A stretch of DNA of 64,000 nt from Streptosporangiaceae bacterium (GTDB lineage Bacteria > Actinomycetota > Actinomycetes > Streptosporangiales > Streptosporangiaceae). Shown here in pieces: positions 61,878 through 64,000 of this stretch (position 1 is the first letter of the stretch; each line of letters begins with the position of its first letter). The position numbers and the translations under genes were made by a program. The notes beneath the pieces were generated by a model. That model saw nothing but the letters and a program-made list of their open reading frames with translations, was not told the DNA's origin and made no database searches. The stretch covers positions 3,531-67,530 of the forward strand of contig DATKFV010000039.1 of NCBI GenBank assembly GCA_035511035.1, in the 5' to 3' direction.

Positions 61878-62603
61878 GTGGAAACTAATGCGATTCTCTC
61901 GGAGCGGCGCCATCGCCGTGATCCAGTGATCAGGGCCGTCGACGTGCACCGGTCGTTCGGCCAGACACCCGCCTTGCGCGGCGCGAGCCTTTCGGTATCG
62001 GACGGCGAGATCGTCGCCGTCATGGGTCCGAGCGGATCAGGCAAGTCGACGCTGCTGCATTGCCTGGCGGGCATCTTCACCCCAGATAGCGGCGAGATCT
62101 GGTTCGGCGGCCAGCGGATCGACCAGCTAAGCGACCGGAAGCGCTCCCAGTTGCGCCGCACGGCATTCGGCTTCGTGTTCCAGTTCGGCCAGCTGATCCC
62201 TGAACTAACCACGGCGGACAACATCGCCATGCCGCTGATACTGAACCGGGTCAGCCGCGGGACCGCCTACCAGCGCGCCGGTACCTGGCTTGACCGGCTT
62301 GGCCTGGAAGGCCTTGGCGCCCGGCGGACCGGCGAGCTGTCCGGCGGGCAGGCGCAGCGGGTGGCCATCGGCCGGGCGCTGATCGCGCGGCCGCAGGCCT
62401 TGTTCGCCGACGAGCCCACCGGGTCGCTCGACTCGGTCACCGGCCAGAAGGTCATGGACCTGATGACGGAGATCGCCAGGGAGGAAGGCACCACGGTCGT
62501 GCTCGTGACGCACGACGCGAGCGTTGCCGCCTACGCCGACCGCGCCGTCACCGTGACCGACGGCCGGATCGCAGTGCCGGCTGGGGTCGGAGGCGGAAGC
62601 TGA
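61878..62603 (+). CDS. ABC transporter ATP-binding protein (MacB/LolD/FtsE-like)
   Basis: GPSGSGKSTLLHCLAG, LSGGQAQRVAIGRAL, LFADEPTGSLD. Confidence 0.9.
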   Translation: METNAILSERRHRRDPVIRAVDVHRSFGQTPALRGASLSVSDGEIVAVMGPSGSGKSTLLHCLAGIFTPDSGEIWFGGQRIDQLSDRKRSQLRRTAFGFVFQFGQLIPELTTADNIAMPLILNRVSRGTAYQRAGTWLDRLGLEGLGARRTGELSGGQAQRVAIGRALIARPQALFADEPTGSLDSVTGQKVMDLMTEIAREEGTTVVLVTHDASVAAYADRAVTVTDGRIAVPAGVGGGS

Positions 62604-64000
62604 TGTTCCGCCTCGGCATCAGGCTCACCTTCAATAGCGGGCGGGAAGCGTTCGTACGCCTGGTCGTGACCGCGGTGGCGGTCGCGGTCGGGGTAACGAT
62701 CATGCTCGCGGTACTCGCCGACTTCCACGCGTTTCAGGTCACTAACGACCGGCCGAACTGGGAAGGCACCCAGGCGATGGCCGTGGCGGGTCGGCCGGCC
62801 AGCGACACCGAGCTATGGAACTACAGCGACGAGGTGTTCCGCGGCCAGACCATCGAGCGGCTCGACGTCGCCGCGCTCGGCCCGCACGCACCCGTGCCGC
62901 CCGGCATCTCCCGGCTGCCGGCCGCAGGTCAGTACTACGCTTCGCCCGCCCTCGCGGCGCTAATCCGCGGAGTTCCCGCGGATCAGCTGGCCGCCCGCTT
63001 CCCAGGGCGGCTGGCTGGCACTATTGGCGACGCGGCCCTGACCGGCCCGGACGAGCTCGTCGTCTATATTGGCGAGCCGCCGAGGGCGCTTGCAGGCCTG
63101 CCGACCACGATCCGGGTCGACGCGATCAGCCAGGCGCCGGGCAAGCAGGTCTGGTCGCACTATTTCCGCGACGCCTTCATCGTCGCGGCGCTGGCCTTCC
63201 TGCTGCCGATCCTGGTCCTCCTCGGCACCGCGACCAGGCTCGCCTCCGCGCGGCGGGAAGAACGTTACGCGTCGCTGCGGCTGGTGGGCGCGACGACGAC
63301 CGACATCAACGTGATCGCATCGGCGGACGCGATCATGACGGCCCTGGTGGGTGCGATCATCGGCGCGGGCCTGTTCAGCCTGCTGCGGCCCGTGCTGGCC
63401 GGCACCGCGATCACGAGCCAGCGGTACTTCGCCGCTGAGGTGACACCCACCACCTGGGGCTACCTCGTGGTGCTGGCCGGCGTTCCGGCCGTGGCCGCGG
63501 TCAGCTCGCTGTTCGCGCTGCGCCGGGTACGGATCACGCCGCTCGGCGTCAGCAGGCGGGTCACGCCGCCACGACCGAGCGCCTGGCGGGTACTGCCGCT
63601 GCTGGCCGGGGTGGCGCTCTTCGTCACCGGCATGCTGCTCACCAACAGTCGCAACATCGGCGCGCCCGCGTTCCCAGGACTGCTGCTCACCATGATCGGC
63701 CTGGTGGTAGCCGGACCCTGGCTCACCGAGCGCGCCGCCCGGCTGCTACCACGCCTTGCCGTCGGCGCCTCGCCGGTTTACGCGGCCCGGCGGCTGGCCG
63801 ACGACCCGAAGGCGGCTTTCAGATCGGTGAGTGGCCTGGTGCTCGCGGTATTCCTCGGCACCGTGACCGCTGCCTTGCTGCCTGCCATCAACGCGACGAC
63901 GGCCACGCCGAGCGCGGTCGCCTTGAACGACGTGCTGCTCGACAGCTTCCAGATCGGCGCGGTCTGCGGCAACACGGTCAACTGCACAGGGACCATCGGC
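62603..64000 (+). CDS. FtsX-like ABC transporter permease (partial, continues beyond the right edge)
   Basis: Not in ORF track (runs off edge). My translation from ATG 62603 (TGATG overlap) is open to 64000: MFRLGIRLTFNSGREAFVRLVVTAVAVAVGVTIMLAVL...RLASARREERYASLRLVGATTTDINVIASADAIMTALVGAIIGAGLF. Confidence 0.75.
   Translation, partial: MFRLGIRLTFNSGREAFVRLVVTAVAVAVGVTIMLAVLADFHAFQVTNDRPNWEGTQAMAVAGRPASDTELWNYSDEVFRGQTIERLDVAALGPHAPVPPGISRLPAAGQYYASPALAALIRGVPADQLAARFPGRLAGTIGDAALTGPDELVVYIGEPPRALAGLPTTIRVDAISQAPGKQVWSHYFRDAFIVAALAFLLPILVLLGTATRLASARREERYASLRLVGATTTDINVIASADAIMTALVGAIIGAGLFSLLRPVLAGTAITSQRYFAAEVTPTTWGYLVVLAGVPAVAAVSSLFALRRVRITPLGVSRRVTPPRPSAWRVLPLLAGVALFVTGMLLTNSRNIGAPAFPGLLLTMIGLVVAGPWLTERAARLLPRLAVGASPVYAARRLADDPKAAFRSVSGLVLAVFLGTVTAALLPAINATTATPSAVALNDVLLDSFQIGAVCGNTVNCTGTIG

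Noticed and set aside
1-64000. Mobile genetic element, prophage or genomic-island boundaries
   Set aside because: I found no transposase, integrase, recombinase, tRNA attachment site or long terminal inverted repeats. Only small repeat arrays and three gene relics hint at plasticity.

Overview
About 70% GC DNA, typical of a mycelial actinomycete chromosome arm. XRE/DUF397/ATP-binding trios, PF04672-type methyltransferases and ECF sigma modules support that placement. I see no rRNA, tRNA, CRISPR array, transposase or integrase. I call about 60 protein genes; many long ORFs in the track are Arg/Pro-rich shadow frames of these and are rejected.

Recognisable content, left to right:
- a partial sensor kinase and a giant zinc-ribbon membrane protein
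- a WhiJ-like XRE/DUF397/anti-sigma-kinase trio
- a secreted G1 (eqolisin-type) glutamic peptidase
- a 2-keto-4-pentenoate hydratase / acetaldehyde dehydrogenase / HOA aldolase operon
- a beta-phosphoglucomutase + GH65 phosphorylase pair
- tandem SAM methyltransferases
- an amidohydrolase / cyclodeaminase / folD / PrmC-like block
- an ECF sigma module flanked by secreted proteins
- a GH18 chitinase-like gene
- a P-loop kinase fused to an LLM oxidoreductase
- a PucR regulator with acyl-CoA ligase, phaC, phaZ and acyl-CoA dehydrogenase
- a second-type clpP pair with an adjacent ClgR/PopR-like regulator
- a peptidoglycan-recycling cluster (anmK, murQ, murR-like, serine hydrolase)
- a PadR / membrane protein / ABC (FtsX-type) module

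The most interesting locus is a six-gene minus-strand operon (7923-15171). Every gene junction is a 4-nt ATGA/GTGA overlap. Two diverged copies of an unrecognised gene pair (A about 490-570 aa, B about 290-300 aa) precede a MoxR-type AAA+ ATPase and a VWA protein with a metallopeptidase-like domain. I regard this as a candidate undescribed MoxR-VWA-dependent system.

Other non-genic signals:
- Short-period repeat arrays fill several intergenic regions, mostly between convergent genes. A GGGGAGCG / CGCTCCCC family with about 20-bp period lies at 18.0-18.3 kb and again at 39.7 kb. A 15-bp GATAGTCCGAGAT tandem family lies at 36.1 kb and again at 46.35 kb. A TGATCACGG array lies at 54.9-55.25 kb.
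- There are three decayed gene relics: a BBE-oxidase C-terminus, a RibD_C/DHFR-family N-terminus and a GH1 beta-glucosidase.
- There is a perfect 12+3+12 palindrome upstream of padR.
- A 27-bp coding tandem repeat follows padR.

All family assignments come from motif recognition by eye and need database confirmation.
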